A DNA stretch of 63,160 nt, filler included, from Intoshia linei (GCA_001642005.1; 4 parts of 4 records of this genome joined end to end with filler, not necessarily neighbours in it), one strand, 5' to 3'. Shown: positions 12,877 to 26,523, counted from the whole stretch's first letter. Translations and numbers: made by a program. The notes: generated by a model not told the origin, from the sequence alone.

Positions 12877-13631
12877 CTATTGTGCAACTAGATACTAACT
12901 AGTGTGCATCCACATACGCAGAGCCGTCTTAAACCACTTCGGGGTCCTGGGCTAAGTAAAAGGCCGGGGCTTTTAAAATTTCGAGCGAAGCGATAAAAAA
13001 ATTTAGGTCCCCTGTTTAAAAGACAGGGCGTACTGTTGGTTATAGAGACTTAGAGTTTTATTTCATTGAGTATTAATAAAAGTATTAAAAGATATTATGT
13101 AGGTTTCTAGTAACTTTTATTTATTTTACAAAAATTACTTACATTAATTAATGAACCAAGTTTACTTTTTCATTTGAAAATATGCACCATGCAGTCACAA
13201 AAAATTCTTGATAATTCTTCACAAATGTTGTTTTCTCACTTTTTTCTGAGAGAAATCAGATATGATATTATCAAAACTGATATATATCAAGACATTAAGA
13301 AGAGCGCATTATAGAGCTAAGCAATTTCGAAGTTCATTCTTAATTATTTTTAGTTTAGAAAAAGTTCAATCTTCAATAAACTTCAAAACTTATAAACTAA
13401 TTCTTAAGATATAAATGTGAAGTATTTTTTAATAAATTGGGGCCTCTTTTTAAGATATAAATGTAAGTACTTTTATTAATTTGGGCCTTTTTAATGAGGG
13501 GCCCTGGCCTACAGCCCATGTTGCCCATACCTTAAAACGGCTCTGCACATACGGACAATTTTAAATTTTGATTGTATTACACTATACTCCGTATGTGGAT
13601 GCAAACCAGTTTGTATCTAGTTGCACAATAG
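12877..13631. mobile_element. Short MITE with ~44-bp TIRs, interrupted by the 12919-13545 insertion
   Basis: Left CTATTGTGCAACTAGATACTAACTAGTGTGCATCCACATACG; right TCCGTATGTGGATGCAAACCAGTTTGTATCTAGTTGCACAATAG. Confidence 0.8.
12919..13545. mobile_element. hAT deletion derivative with perfect 8-bp TSD
   Basis: TIR CAGAGCCGTCTTAA / TTAAAACGGCTCTG; TSD CACATACG on both sides. Minus-strand remnant TFSKLKIIKNELRN (hAT dimerisation motif) at ~13323-13366. Confidence 0.9.
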
Positions 13632-14100
13632 CTCATATCTCAGTACACAACACTGTATATGTAAATAAAAGATGTCAAGTACAACTAATCATTGTATTAA
13701 TTGTAAAACTCATACGTATTATCAGTACAAACAACGGCGGCGCAAGCTAACTGACAATATGGTTTTGTGAGGGGTGGAAGAATTAGGATATCAAACTATT
13801 TGTACATATGAAACAGATTCAATAATATTTATGTAACCACCACTCGGCCTTGGTCAGACTTAAGGCAGATTTTTAATTCAAAAAAGAAGTAAATATTAGA
13901 TAAGAGATTAGATGTTGTGTCAATATTCTTTAATTATTACTCATTATATCATCATCTTATTACATTTATTACATTACATCATCTTATTTCTCGACCTTTT
14001 TTCCTTTCTGCATAGTTGAAAATAATGTATAAATTTTTTACCACAAGCTAATAATACAGTACAAGTATACAGTCAATTGCTACTTTTTTATTAATGTTAA

Positions 14101-14734
14101 CACAGCCGTTTTAAAGCATGGGCAATATGGGCTCTAGCCCAGGGCCACTCATTAAAAAAGACCGCCAAATTAGGAAAAGTACTTTACATTTATATCTTAA
14201 AAAGAGACGCCCAGTTTCAATATCAACTTTGTTTGAATCCGCTCTTCTTAATGTCAATTGAGAATAATATTTTTAATGATATCAGTTTTGATAATATCAT
14301 CTGATTTCTCTCAGAAAAAGTGAGAAAACAACATTTGTGAAGATTTGTCAAGAATTTTTTGTGACTGCATGGTGCATATTTTCCAATGAAATCGTAAACT
14401 TTGTTTTTTATAAAGTAAACTTTTGTAAAAGAAATATAAGTTACTAGAAACCTACATAATATTTTTTAATGTTTTATTAATACTCCATGAAATAAAACTC
14501 TAAGTCTCTAACCAACTGCATACCCTGTTTTCTAAAAAGGGTCCCTAAATTTTTTTTATCGCTTCGCTCCACATGGTTTTTTGTTTTGCTCAAAACGGCT
14601 CTGAGTATGCCCTGTCTTTTAAACAAGAGACCTATATTTATTTTATTATTTTTTTTATCGCTTCGCTTGAAATTTTAAAGGTCCTCCGGCCCTTTGCTTA
14701 GCCCAGGGCCACGAAATGGCTTAAGACGGCTCTG
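14101..14734. mobile_element. Second, inverted copy of the 12919-13545 hAT family
   Basis: Colinear reverse-complement similarity; TSD AATGTTAA / AATGTTAG; internal duplication with an extra terminus AAAACGGCTCTG at ~14592-14603. Confidence 0.88.
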
Positions 14735-14773
14735 AATGTTAGTGTACTTGTAGTTTAAAAAAAGGATTCACTG

Positions 14774-15451
14774 CAGGGGTGGATTCAAGAGCCTAGTTAA
14801 TGGGGCGACCGAAGCAAGCTATATATTCAACTTCGCCGAAGTCGAAAAAAATTTTAGGGGCGTCTCTTTTAATATCAAGGCGTCTAGTTTGATTTTAAAC
14901 GTCTCTTTTAATTTCATTTAAAGGTTGTTATACAATAGTTTCCAAATTTGTATTTTTTCGCAAAAATAAAAAAAATGATCAGCACAAAAAAAAAGAAATT
15001 AATTTTGTTTATCAAATAATCCTAAATCAATTAGGTCCAGTCTTCTTGGATGAAGTAGTGAAAATTCATTAACTAAACTTTTAATATTAAAATTATAGTC
15101 ATAGTGGCAATTCATGAGGGCCAGTCATTGTTGATCTTAAAAAGGTTTTTAATCCTCTTAAAATGCTAATGGAGCGTTCACATTTACATTTCTGTCTTTG
15201 AATCAAGTTCATTTTTTTTCCATCTAGTATATTCTGCTTTGAGATCATATTATAGATGTAGATGTGCATGTAACATAAGGCCTCAAGTCACATGATTAAT
15301 TGTTCATGTAATGGCATGTAATGTTATGTATCTATATTGTGTTAATAAATTAAAACCTTTTTCAGTTATTTTACAAAACATTAATTAAAAAAAAATTTTT
15401 AAAAATGTAGGGGTGCAACTGCACCTTTTACACCCTTTGAATCCACCCCTG
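14774..15451 (-). mobile_element. hAT deletion derivative with transposase C-terminal remnants
   Basis: TIR CAGGGGTGGATTCAA / TTGAATCCACCCCTG. Minus-strand ERSISILRGLKTFLRSTMT and HYDYNFNIKSLVNEFSLLHPRRLDLI*. Flanked by CACTG on both sides. Confidence 0.85.
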
Positions 15452-17011
15452 CACTGGTTTTAATCTAAATTTAACTTCAATTTTTAAGATTACAATTTAT
15501 AATAATGCTTTTGCTTTGAAAAGCTCCCCTAGAAGTTGTATTTTTAAAAAATTGTAGCCTTTTATATTTTTAAAAAATGGGGTAATTTGAGGTTTTCACC
15601 ATGAAGATATAAGTTTCAAAGGTTGATATTCACAATAATGTTAAAAATTTTACAAAGTGTCTCTGAATTTATAGTTTTTAAAATTCTAGGGGTCTTTCAT
15701 TAAAAAAAAAAAAGTAGGGGTTTGATACGAAAAACGCTATTTTTGATAATAAAATTTGCGATAAAACATTACTCTCGATAAAATTTATTAAAAATTGGGT
15801 TTTTTAACATATACCACTCTTAATTTTTAATTAAACGGTTACACAGACACACGCATAAAACATTTTTATGTAAGTAAAACATTAACGTCAACTTGAGGAA
15901 ACAAGTCATAAAAGCAAAAGCTAAATTTCTAAAATTTACAATATTTGTTAAATTATTGTTGACAATGATATAAAATCAAGATAAGAGTCAGTTTCAATTT
16001 TCGGTGTCATAAACGTTATAATGTAATTCTAATGTTTTCAAAATTAAATATAAACAACAATAATAACCTATTTTTAAATTATTAGTAAAAATATTCTATT
16101 TACATGTTAATAACTTTTTAACCTTAAATATTATTAGATTTCAACTTCTGAGATTAGTATTGATGATACTACACCAGTATAGAAAACTGACTTTGTATTT
16201 ATATTGTTAAAATTCTACCAGTCGTACAAGTATAATATTCTCAATAACCGGAATAAACTCATATATACAATGTATAAATTATATTTGTAATTCACTTTCC
16301 GTTATACATGTATGTATTATGTAATTCAAAAAGTTTCAAACACAAATTATTTATTTTCAAAGCTATTGATTGACCTCTCAGCTTAACTTAAAATTAAAAT
16401 ACTTTCTAATATGGTGTTATTTTCATAATGATAATTTTTTCCTTATACTAAAAGGATATATCACATTTATTAATTTTTTTGTGAGACGGCAAAAATTCGT
16501 GTCCGAATGCATGGACCCATTAACCATGGGTTTATATTCCCATATCCTGATATGTAGATGAACCTGTCTACCTACAATAAATGTAATTAAATTTAAAAAT
16601 CTGGCTTTGTTTATCGCATCAATTTAAACAAACACATAGCATAAACTTTTTAAATATAATGTGTAATTGACTGATTGTTAATTAAATTGTTACGACTATA
16701 GTTTTGTTTTGTATATTAAAAATTTTCAACAAGTTATATTCTGTTAAATATTGACATTAATCAATCGGAAATGTTACTATAAATTGACTGTATCGGGTCT
16801 TTTGTTGTAAACGTTGTAACTGACTTGCAACAATTCTATAGGTCAAGTTAATTAGGCTGTAAACAAAAGTCAAAATAGGCGTGTCGATACTAGAGCAGTA
16901 CTTATAAATGATAATTATGATACATGTATTCATGTGCATAATAATATAATAAAATAAACGAAATTGATCATTTAAAGAATTTAAATTTAAAAATTACATC
17001 ATTTTGTTTAG

Positions 17012-18707
17012 AGAATTATTATTTAAAGAAACATTAATATCTGTAAAAAATATTGAAATGACTTATGAAAATTCAACCATGAAATCATTTAAATCAATTA
17101 ATGAGTTAAAAAGAAACTGTGAAAGTAGAAGAAGTTACATGTTTTTTAAAAACAAAAAAATTGCCGAAATGAAAAACAAATCACCATTAAGTCCTATAAA
17201 AAAGATCCATGAAAATAAAATAATAGGTATTTAGTTTAATATAATGTAAATACACATGTAAATGTAAATGAAACTGAAAGAATCTAAACATATTTTAGAA
17301 ACAAACGAATCAAAAAAATCGAATGAATTAAATATACATTCATTTATAACAGAAAACGATTTTAACTTTAAAGGTTTTAAAGTCAATTATAAATTAAATT
17401 TAAATATTAAAATTAGCTAAATTAAAATTGGATATTATTGCTATTGAACCCGACAAAGTTTGCTTAAAATGTAAAAATTTTTAAATTTAATCAAATTTAT
17501 TTTTAGTTTACAAAGGCAGAAGCATCAAATGTCGATCAAATGATTCACCAAATTCTTTGTAAGATTAATTTTTTGATTTGTTTTACATTTGAATATTTAG
17601 TATCAAAGTATGTGTAATACCAGACGATTGTGATTATAACCGTTTTGAAACTAATGTTGTTTTTGGAGGCCAACAACCCATTTTTAACGAAAAAATGATG
17701 TTACAATACCTGGACGCAGAAGATAAACGATTATTCATAACATTGTGGCATAAAGACACCATTAACAAGTAAAAAATTTTATTTAACCGTTATAAAATTA
17801 AATTTTAGTCGAGATGAATTTATTGGCTGTATGTCATTTAGTATTAAAACTGTTATAGAATGTCCAAAGGTTTACTATTTAAAAAAATTAAATTAATTGG
17901 TTATTAGAAAACAGTCGGATGGTTCAACCTATTACCACTTTCTATAGGAAAAAATAAACACCACAAAATAAACCTACAAAATATAATACCTATGCCAATA
18001 GTTCCGAGATATAGAATTGATGAAAACGACAATACTGTCACTAGAATTGTTGCACTCAGAAATATATACCGATACGGTTATGGATTCACTGTTAAGGGAA
18101 AATTTCCAGTCAAAATTGCTAAAATTAAAAAAGGTTAGTATGATTTAAATTTCATATTTACATTTTAATTGAATATAAAATTTTAATTAATAATTAGATT
18201 CACCTGCAGAACATTGTGGAATGACAACTAACGATTATATTATTGAAATTGATGGAATTAATGTGTCTAGGTCTACAGCTGATACTGTGACAAAATTGAT
18301 TAAGTAATTTTAAATTATTCATTAATCATTTTTGAATAGTTTTAAATGGATTTGCATATATTTTTTCTAAATTCTTAATTATTTATTATAATTAATCATA
18401 CTATTTTAGAAAAACGAAAAAGGTTATAATGCTCAAATTAAACACTCCTATCGTCGTTGATATAAATAACCCATGTAATAGTACCATGTTATCTAATTGC
18501 GAAAAAATGAAAAAATTTACCTTAGACAAATCAGAATTAAAACGTAAAAACATTTCACCAATAGCATCTCCAAATTCATCCCTTCAAGAAATTCAAAATT
18601 TACAAAAAAGGAAAAAAGTTAACCCAATCAATGAAGAAATGCTACCTTTTTATAAAGAAAAGTCAAAATCATTTTTCAAAAGAACCAAATCTCATATATT
18701 TAGATAA
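17012..18707 (+). CDS. C2 + PDZ domain protein (RGS3/C2PA- or PsGEF-type N-terminus), ~9 exons, start uncertain
   Basis: Spliced reading: NSFIKVCVIPD...QPIFNEK...KRLFITLWHK...EFIGCMSFSIK...GWFNLLPLSIGKNKH (RGS3-type C2), then YGYGFTVKGKFPVKI...DSPAEHCGM...IIEIDGINVS (PDZ). Introns are mostly 35-110 nt GT-AG. Confidence 0.82.
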
Positions 18708-21572
18708 ACTATTAATCAGTTTTGTACAGTATATTATCAAATCATCAAATAAATTTAGACCATTACTCTTAATTTTAAACTACATTGTTTGTTATTCGCC
18801 GTTTATTATTTGATCAAGCTGATTATACATTTTTAACGTCGACACTTTAAACGCTAAAAATTATTAGACTATTAATATTATCGGCGTATTAAACATAAAT
18901 TGGATGTGTTTAAATGGACGCGACACGCGAAACTGCTATAGTGGAAAAAGGTGTTGCTATATTAAATTTGCGTTTTATTTATAATATATATAGTAGTAAC
19001 ACAATGGGGTGTAAATATGTCTCGTGGAGTAAATCGATAATGTTTAATGGAATAGTTTTGTGTTTTATAATTTATTATAAACAAGAGAAATACAAATTAG
19101 GCCAAAAAGTGGGGTAATGTTGGCTAATATTTTGATTTTACATTAAATTTTTGAATTCGAAGTAAAGACTGTAATGTAAATTAGAGATGAACCTACCGTA
19201 CCAGATACAGTAGCGGATCTGGGGGATTAAGGGCTGCCCCCTGGCGTGACAAATGTGCCATAAAATATTTTAATTTGTATATTAACTTTGTGTAAAGTTA
19301 AAAAAAAATTCTAGAACCCATCAAATTGAGTTTATTGAATTATGCTTGTTATCATTGCCGAAACTGGATTAGTGATAAATTATAATTATAACATTGAATT
19401 TCATTGAAAATTTGAATTTTTGAAAATAAATTTAAATTCAATAATTAAATTCAATAAAATAATCATTTTTAGTTTTCATTATTAAGGTGCAAATTTCTTA
19501 GGTTTAAATTTACGATAATGGGTGCATACGAAAAAATTCTGTGAGAATATGTATTTATTAAAATTCTAGGACTTTTAATTATTGAATATTTATCATCTTA
19601 ATGAATTCATTTTCAAAAATGTTTAGTAATAAAAATGGACTTTTGCTTTTTTGACCGTGAAGATGGAAATTTCTGAGATTGAAATTTCTGATAATCGGTT
19701 CTCACGAAAAAACTGTCTGAGAATTTGTATTCATTAAAATTCTAGGACTTTTAATAAATGAGAACGGTTTGTATAACTTTCATATTTTATATATTTTATT
19801 AAATTTCTTCAATTTGAAATTAAAAATATAAGTGTTTTTGTAACTCTATAATTTTTGGATACCAATCAAATATTTCCTCCTCTACATTTATTTTAAACAT
19901 CAATAAAGTTTAAAATCTACACATTAAAATACAACCCATCATTTATGATTTTGAAAATAAATTTAAATATAAAACTACATTATAGGAAAAGCAGTCACGA
20001 CATAATTCCCTTGTGGATATACAATGAAAATTAAGTCAATTATAATTATATTGGAAAACGTTACAATTTATTAATTTGGTAAAAAAATTGTATAAAAACA
20101 TAAATGTATCCAAACTAATGCCATGAATCCGTCGGGAGTAGGTTAATTGATAAAAAAATTAAAACATTTGATTAATTATATAAGCAATCACAAAAAAATT
20201 AAAACAATAGTGACATATTGCTACAAGCAAAAATTGTGTCATTTAACAAAAAATTGATTAATAATAACATTAATTTAAAAATTTTGACCCATTATACATT
20301 ACTGTATTATTTTGATTACCGTTATTTACATTTAAAGTGCTTTTTTGAACATGATATATAATTGTAGTTTTTAAAATTATTGAATTTTGAAAATATTTTA
20401 AAATTTCAATTGAGCGTTTGAGTAAATTACAAAATCAATAATTTTTTGAAAAATCTGCAGGATATACTTTTTAATGGATTGTAACACTAGAAAATGATAT
20501 TTTATCAATGACGTATCGGAAAAATAATCTGGCAGATGACTTTGTTATTTTACAATTTGTGAATACAATTTATGAATCAAATTCAAATTAATTTTTAATT
20601 AAGTCTCATTTCATCAAATTGAACCGTTAAATTTAAAACAATAGCATAATTCCGTATTTTAAATGTTTTCAGTTATAAACAAAAGTATACATATTATTTG
20701 ACAATGTTGAAAAACTTTAAAAGAACAATACTAATTAATTAGAGTAGTCAAATTATATATAAACAAAGTATCGTTTCTTTCATCGCGTTAATCCCTATGA
20801 ACAATATAGTTTTATAATGGCGCAGTAATGTTTATTATAATTATTGTTATGTATTGATGCTATTATTTTTATAGCTCAATGGTTCAAACACGAATAATCC
20901 TCACTAATCCACCTAGTTTTGCTCGTAGTCATTTCAATTCATTTTACCGATCAAATAAATAATTACTTTGTTTAGCGGCACTAGACATAATATTGTACAT
21001 TTACAACTGAATCGTAATTGATTATGAATATTTTTTTTGCATTTGGTTTATTCAAATTTAAAAGTTTTTCCATTTCTACCATTTTTTACAATAATCGAAG
21101 GTACTGGTACATATACTTGAAATTTTAATTTAAATTTTCATTAGCATTCTCCTATGAGAAAAATATAATTAAAATAAAGGATAAAGCGATATTACTTAAA
21201 AAAGAAACTTGAAACAGATGTTTTAATTAAATATATCCTGCTGATTGTGAATATACCATTCCTTTCATTGAGATAAATTTGTTTGTTCAAAATCTGAACT
21301 TCAGATCATGGGTCATCGACTAAGGAATTATTTCGAAGAACGGGGTAAAAGTCACTAGTTGATACAAATTTGCAGTCATTTAACCTTTGATAAAAAACCT
21401 TTGTAGCTATTAAAATTTAAATTCGTATCGGCAGTTCTGAAGGTTAACGAGAGGTCGGGATAAGGAAGGACAAGATATAAATAGAAAATGTTCAATTTAT
21501 TGATTAACTTTAAATTTGATTGTATAGATTTATTATGTTTTTTAAACAGGGGTTAGCGAAATATTTTATCTA

Positions 21573-21914
21573 TTCTAACTTATATAATATGCTACGCTAT
21601 TTTTGTTTGTGTATGTGTCTGTCTGTGTGTTACGCTGTATTTAAATAACTACGCGTCTTATAATTTTATAAAATCCACATTTCAATTTAAGTTTTTTACG
21701 GGGTGTGCGCAAACATAATTTTAACCTTCCAATTTCACATCTTACAGGTCAAAACCCCAGTTATCTCTCTTTTTGAATATCAAACAAGTTGGAGATCTTA
21801 AAAAAATATATACAATGATGCGGATTTTAAAATCATAAACATTATCATAAATTTAAATTCAAAAAAATTATATCTTCAGGGCCAAAACCCCAAATTACCC
21901 TTCTTTTTTTAATG
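21573..21914 (+). mobile_element. Helitron-like family A copy running into a gap
   Basis: TTCTAACTTATATAATATGCTACG + GTCT repeats; reverse-complement match to 780-1113. Confidence 0.7.
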
Positions 21915-22014
21915 NNNNNNNNNNNNNNNNNNNNNNNNNNNNNNNNNNNNNNNNNNNNTTAATTAATTAANNNNNNNNNNNNNNNNNNNNNNNNNNNNNN
22001 NNNNNNNNNNNNNN

Positions 22015-22694
22015 CGAATAGGTTGTTTTTGCGAAGATATCTTCTTACTGTTTCTGTGGATATGGTTAGAGATGACCCCAATGAATCTCTTTTCACATTA
22101 GAAGCAGTTTTACTAGGAAACTGTTGAGACTCATTGCACAAAAGACGTTCATCTTTTATAGATAGTATAGGAGGACGGCCCGACCTTGGCTTATCTTCAA
22201 CATATTGTATACTATTGTATTTTTTAATTATTTCGATAACAGAATGCCTTGAAATTTTAAGATCTCTAGCAATTTTGTGTTTGGAAATCCCTCCTTTGTG
22301 AAGCTCAACTATTTTCTTTCTAATTGTTAATGATATCCTAGTCATGATGTCTAATGTTTAAAATAAAATACAATTTATAATGAATAACATTAAAAAATCA
22401 GAAAATGTACATTTATAAAAAAACCTTGTGATTTTCAATTGTATTTATTCTTATTTTTATAAAAATTGTTAGGGGGTTCAAGACTTTTGACCGATGATAT
22501 ATTTGAATATTAACTTTATAATATAACTAGATAAATATTGAAAGTAACCGTGAAAATAGTGATATATTTTTCAATAGAATATTTATTTGTTTACATAATG
22601 GTTTTTAAATTTCTAAAAACGATTTACTAGTTTTTGTGCTATCCAGCAAAATCTATAATTCTGTTGGGGGGTCCAAGACTTTTGACCGGCACTG
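22015..22694 (-). mobile_element. Tc1-family transposon, IR/DR type, 5' end with open transposase N-terminus (22345 to gap)
   Basis: TA|CAGTGCCGGTCAAAAGTCTTGGACCCCC terminus; inner direct repeat at 22472-22493. The ORF has a paired-like HTH and the PRSGRP AT-hook motif. Confidence 0.92.
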
Positions 22695-23113
22695 TATACG
22701 TAAATCAGAAGCGTTTCCCAAACTTTTATATCTACGGAATATATCGTTAATTAACAGTTACGAATATCACGGGATAGATTGCAAAAAGGCAGATAATACT
22801 TTTTTCGGGTTAGTTTTGTAAATTTATTGAAATTTAGTTTTAATATTAAAATCACTCTTACATACACAAAAGGACAAATTTGAAATTTATAACATAATTC
22901 ATGGACATGTAAGTACAATGTATAATGTATATTACCTGAAAAAAATGGGTAAGTAATCCTGCTATAACAATATTATTTAATTTAATTTGATTTAGTTTGA
23001 GATTGTTTTTAAATTATATAAAAAATTACAAATAAAACAACTACAAAATATTTTTCCACCCACCTGTTGAGAAACGCGATACATAGAAAACCATAAAACA
23101 TATATAAAAATAC

Positions 23114-26100
23114 CGGCCATTTAGATATATCATTTGGCCATTCATTTGAACCTGTTGAGGAGGGTTTAACACAATATCTAAGTAATTTAATGATGAGTAC
23201 AAGAAAAATAATAATTAAATATGATGTATTATATTCAGTGAATATTATTCACCCAAAAATCTAAACCTACCATGCTCGATGACCCGATAAAATCACAAAT
23301 GGGCATCTAAATTTTTTTAAATAATGTGCAGTTCCATATATCAATAGTATACAAAATCAATAGTCAACTATACACCGCATGAATTTGAAACATATAACAG
23401 TTATGATATTGAAATATTATTATAATTTTTTTAAATGATCAATTCGAAAAATAAGGCCTGAGGGATCTCGCTGTCGATTTTTTATTTGTCATTAAACTCT
23501 TACTTCAAATCAGATTAAACATTTATAAGATAATACATTCTCAAATAATGTTTGACTCGATGAGACATCAAAAGATACCCTCCGGATCCATCAATTACAC
23601 TTATTTTGCGTTGTTAAATAAACCTAGATAATTTTTCACTAAGTCGTAAATAACAATAAATCCTATTTAAAAAAATTACCGTGGATCTTGACCACAAACA
23701 GACCCTGATGTTCTATTGCCGGGACCTGGCTCCAAATTTGACCATTTAAAGTGGGTTGACATTTTTGGCTAAATGGAAAGATTAACAATGTAAATAATTT
23801 CGTATATTCAAAAACTGTGAAATTAGTATGTATTATTAAATATTGTAATCATGATCATGGTGAGAGTGACCAATGGTCAATATTTAAATTTTTAAAAATA
23901 AACCAACAATTTTTATACTATCTTTATACTATACTAGTATTGTATCGTATATTACAATTTACGTAAAGCAAATTCCAACCAGTGGCCCACATAATAATTT
24001 TGGTGGCCCTTTGAGTAAATATGTAAATTATTTATTTTTAAATTTTTCAACTTTTAAAGTCGTTTTAAACATTTCATACTATAATTGGCTTAATATAATC
24101 ATTTTAATACTGAATTTCCACATCGCCCTGGATTTTAATTTGTTGAATATACTAGAACCGTTTCAGTTCAGTTAAACATCAAATGTATCATGTGTAAATT
24201 TTCAAAAACGGGGCCGTAGAATATATGGATATAAAAAATGGCCCACGAGATGATAAATAGATGAAAATGATGAAAAGATGAAGATTTTTAGATTCAGCAC
24301 GGAATTATATTTAATTCATGCTAAAAAAATGATAAAGAAACAAAAACCATAGAGGTAACAATGTTCAAGATAATCACGCTATTATATACAGATAACCTCC
24401 GAAAAATGGAGATATGCATTCTTAATTATCTAATTATACAAAAAGAAATACAAAACAATTACTGCACAGTCTGCTGAAAGAGTCTGCACACACCCATAAC
24501 CATCATTACGAATACAACAAGCAGTGGTATTTTCATTGGATCTATCGAGTTTAATGAGCTAAAAAACAAATTAAACATAAAAGTAAATATTGAAAATAAA
24601 AGAAAAATACATTTAAAATATTTTGATCGTTTCTCATGCAAGGTGAATATTTTGCTCCAAGGTGTATCAATTTATCTTGTGTTGGGCCGATATAAACATT
24701 ATCTTTTACGGTGTATTGTACTTGCTCATAGTTCATTCGTGAAGTCATTACCTAATTTAAACAAATAAATATTAATGAAAATATAATTAAATATATATCA
24801 TTGATAAGCGGTTGTATTAAATTATAGTGTCACTTTCATTGTACTGTATTTTATAGACACTTTAATTTGTAATAATTTATGATTAATAAACAATAAAAAC
24901 CTCGGAGGTGTAAGTAGTTGTTTGCATACCATAAGGAGCGATACCATACGTAATAAGTGATACAATATAAACAACAATTTGAATAAAGGTACACCAATAT
25001 GTAAAATATGGCCGTCTAAAAAGAAAATTTATTTCGATAAAATGGATACATCATAACAAGGTGCAGTATTATGCATATAAGAGGATGTAATAACTAGATT
25101 GCATAGTAATATTCAATAAAATAAACCAGATGTGGGGAAAGAGCGGCCTTATTGACGATTTGGTGAGGCCTTTTGATTAATTTGAATTATTTTATTTACT
25201 ATATTATTTTTATATTAATTTTTGGTAAAATGATTTTCAGAAAAATATTGGTAAATGCGGTTTTTTTCCTTAAGAGTTGATAAAATTAGGTTTTTTATTT
25301 TAGGTCAGATAGAGGTATTTTTACCTTAAGGGTTGGTAAAATGTTGTTTTTTCTTATAAGATTTTAATTAAAATTACTAAATTGAATAAAATATGCTAAA
25401 AATGTATTATTCACCTCAATCATCTAATATTTTCGTATTCACCCTTGGGGGTGACCACTCACCCCCATGAGAAGCACTGCTGTATTAGATTAAATTTGAT
25501 TTAGAAAGGTGCGGCCTTATTAAATTTTTTGGGGACTTTAGTGCGTCCTTCGAACAGTAAATACTTCCCCACCTCTGGAATAAACTATTAAATATTTTCC
25601 AGAAATGCAAATCTGTCAAATAAATACAATGCAACATTGAAAATACAACCGTCATTCCATTTTTTACTTAAAAAATTATAAACATTTATACATGTATGAA
25701 AAATGACAAAAATTAACCTATTCCGTCTTTGCAGTGCAGATTTAGTTTGAGAATTACCAAATTGAAAAACTTTACTAAGTAAATTAAATCCAAACGCATG
25801 CCTTTTCGAATTGTTGAAAAGTTGCAGACCTTCATCAGATTCACTGCCGTCAGTTTCATCAGCATAAGCTTCTGTTTTTCTCCTTCTAATAACAGTAAAA
25901 CTGTTTTTCTTTTCATTACTAAACGAATCAATTAAAACCATTAAATCCACACCATAATTAAATGAAACTCATCAATCCAATTCACTTTCATAAAACAAAT
26001 TAAACTAATTACAGTGAAACGCCAGCTGTTCGCACCTTGTTAATATCTAATCGCCTCTGACCTATCAGATCGTCATTCTCAGGTACAAAAAAACCATATT

Positions 26101-26523
26101 CTGTTCCATAATGACTAGTTGTCACAGGTTCATCAAAAAATTCTGCCACAGATGTCACATGCTTTGGATCTTCAACTCCCTAAAAGTAACAATAAATTGA
26201 ACTTTAACTGAAGAAATGAAAACAAATTTAAATTTTATACAGATACTTGAAATTCTTACCGCCATCAATTTTTCGTATTGATAAATTGTTTTTGGAGCAA
26301 AACTTCTACTGTAAGGATACGGTTTTCTTGCTGGTCTATCAACAAATCCCTAATAGCGCAATTTCATTAAAATAATAAAAAATCTTACAGTCAGACTTTT
26401 AAATACTTGTGTTAATATGGAAAAGGCAGAGCGTTCAGAGGTTACTATACGTCGGTTAGGTTGCTCTCTCGAACTTCTACTTGAAATCATATTTTGAGAA
26501 TTTTTTGTTGCATTTAATGACAT
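23114..26523 (-). CDS. RHBDF: Inactive rhomboid protein (iRhom, RHBDF1/2 family), 3'-incomplete
   Basis: Spliced exons give RPYFTYWCTFIQ...YGIAPYG, NVYIGPTQDKLIHLGAKYSPCMRND, TACCIRNDGYGCVQT, SGSVCGQDPR and YCVKPSS...WPNDISKWP (TM1 plus iRhom homology domain). ATG at 26523; N-terminal exons are less certain. Confidence 0.9.
25127..25577. mobile_element. hAT MITE in an iRhom intron
   Basis: TIR CAGATGTGGGGAA / TTCCCCACCTCTG; TSD AAATAAAC / GAATAAAC. Confidence 0.85.

Noticed and set aside
21915-22014. TTAATTAATTAA flanked by N runs (also 44951-45050, 58833-58931)
   Set aside because: Identical 12-mer with stops in all frames in three gaps: a scaffolding spacer, not biology.
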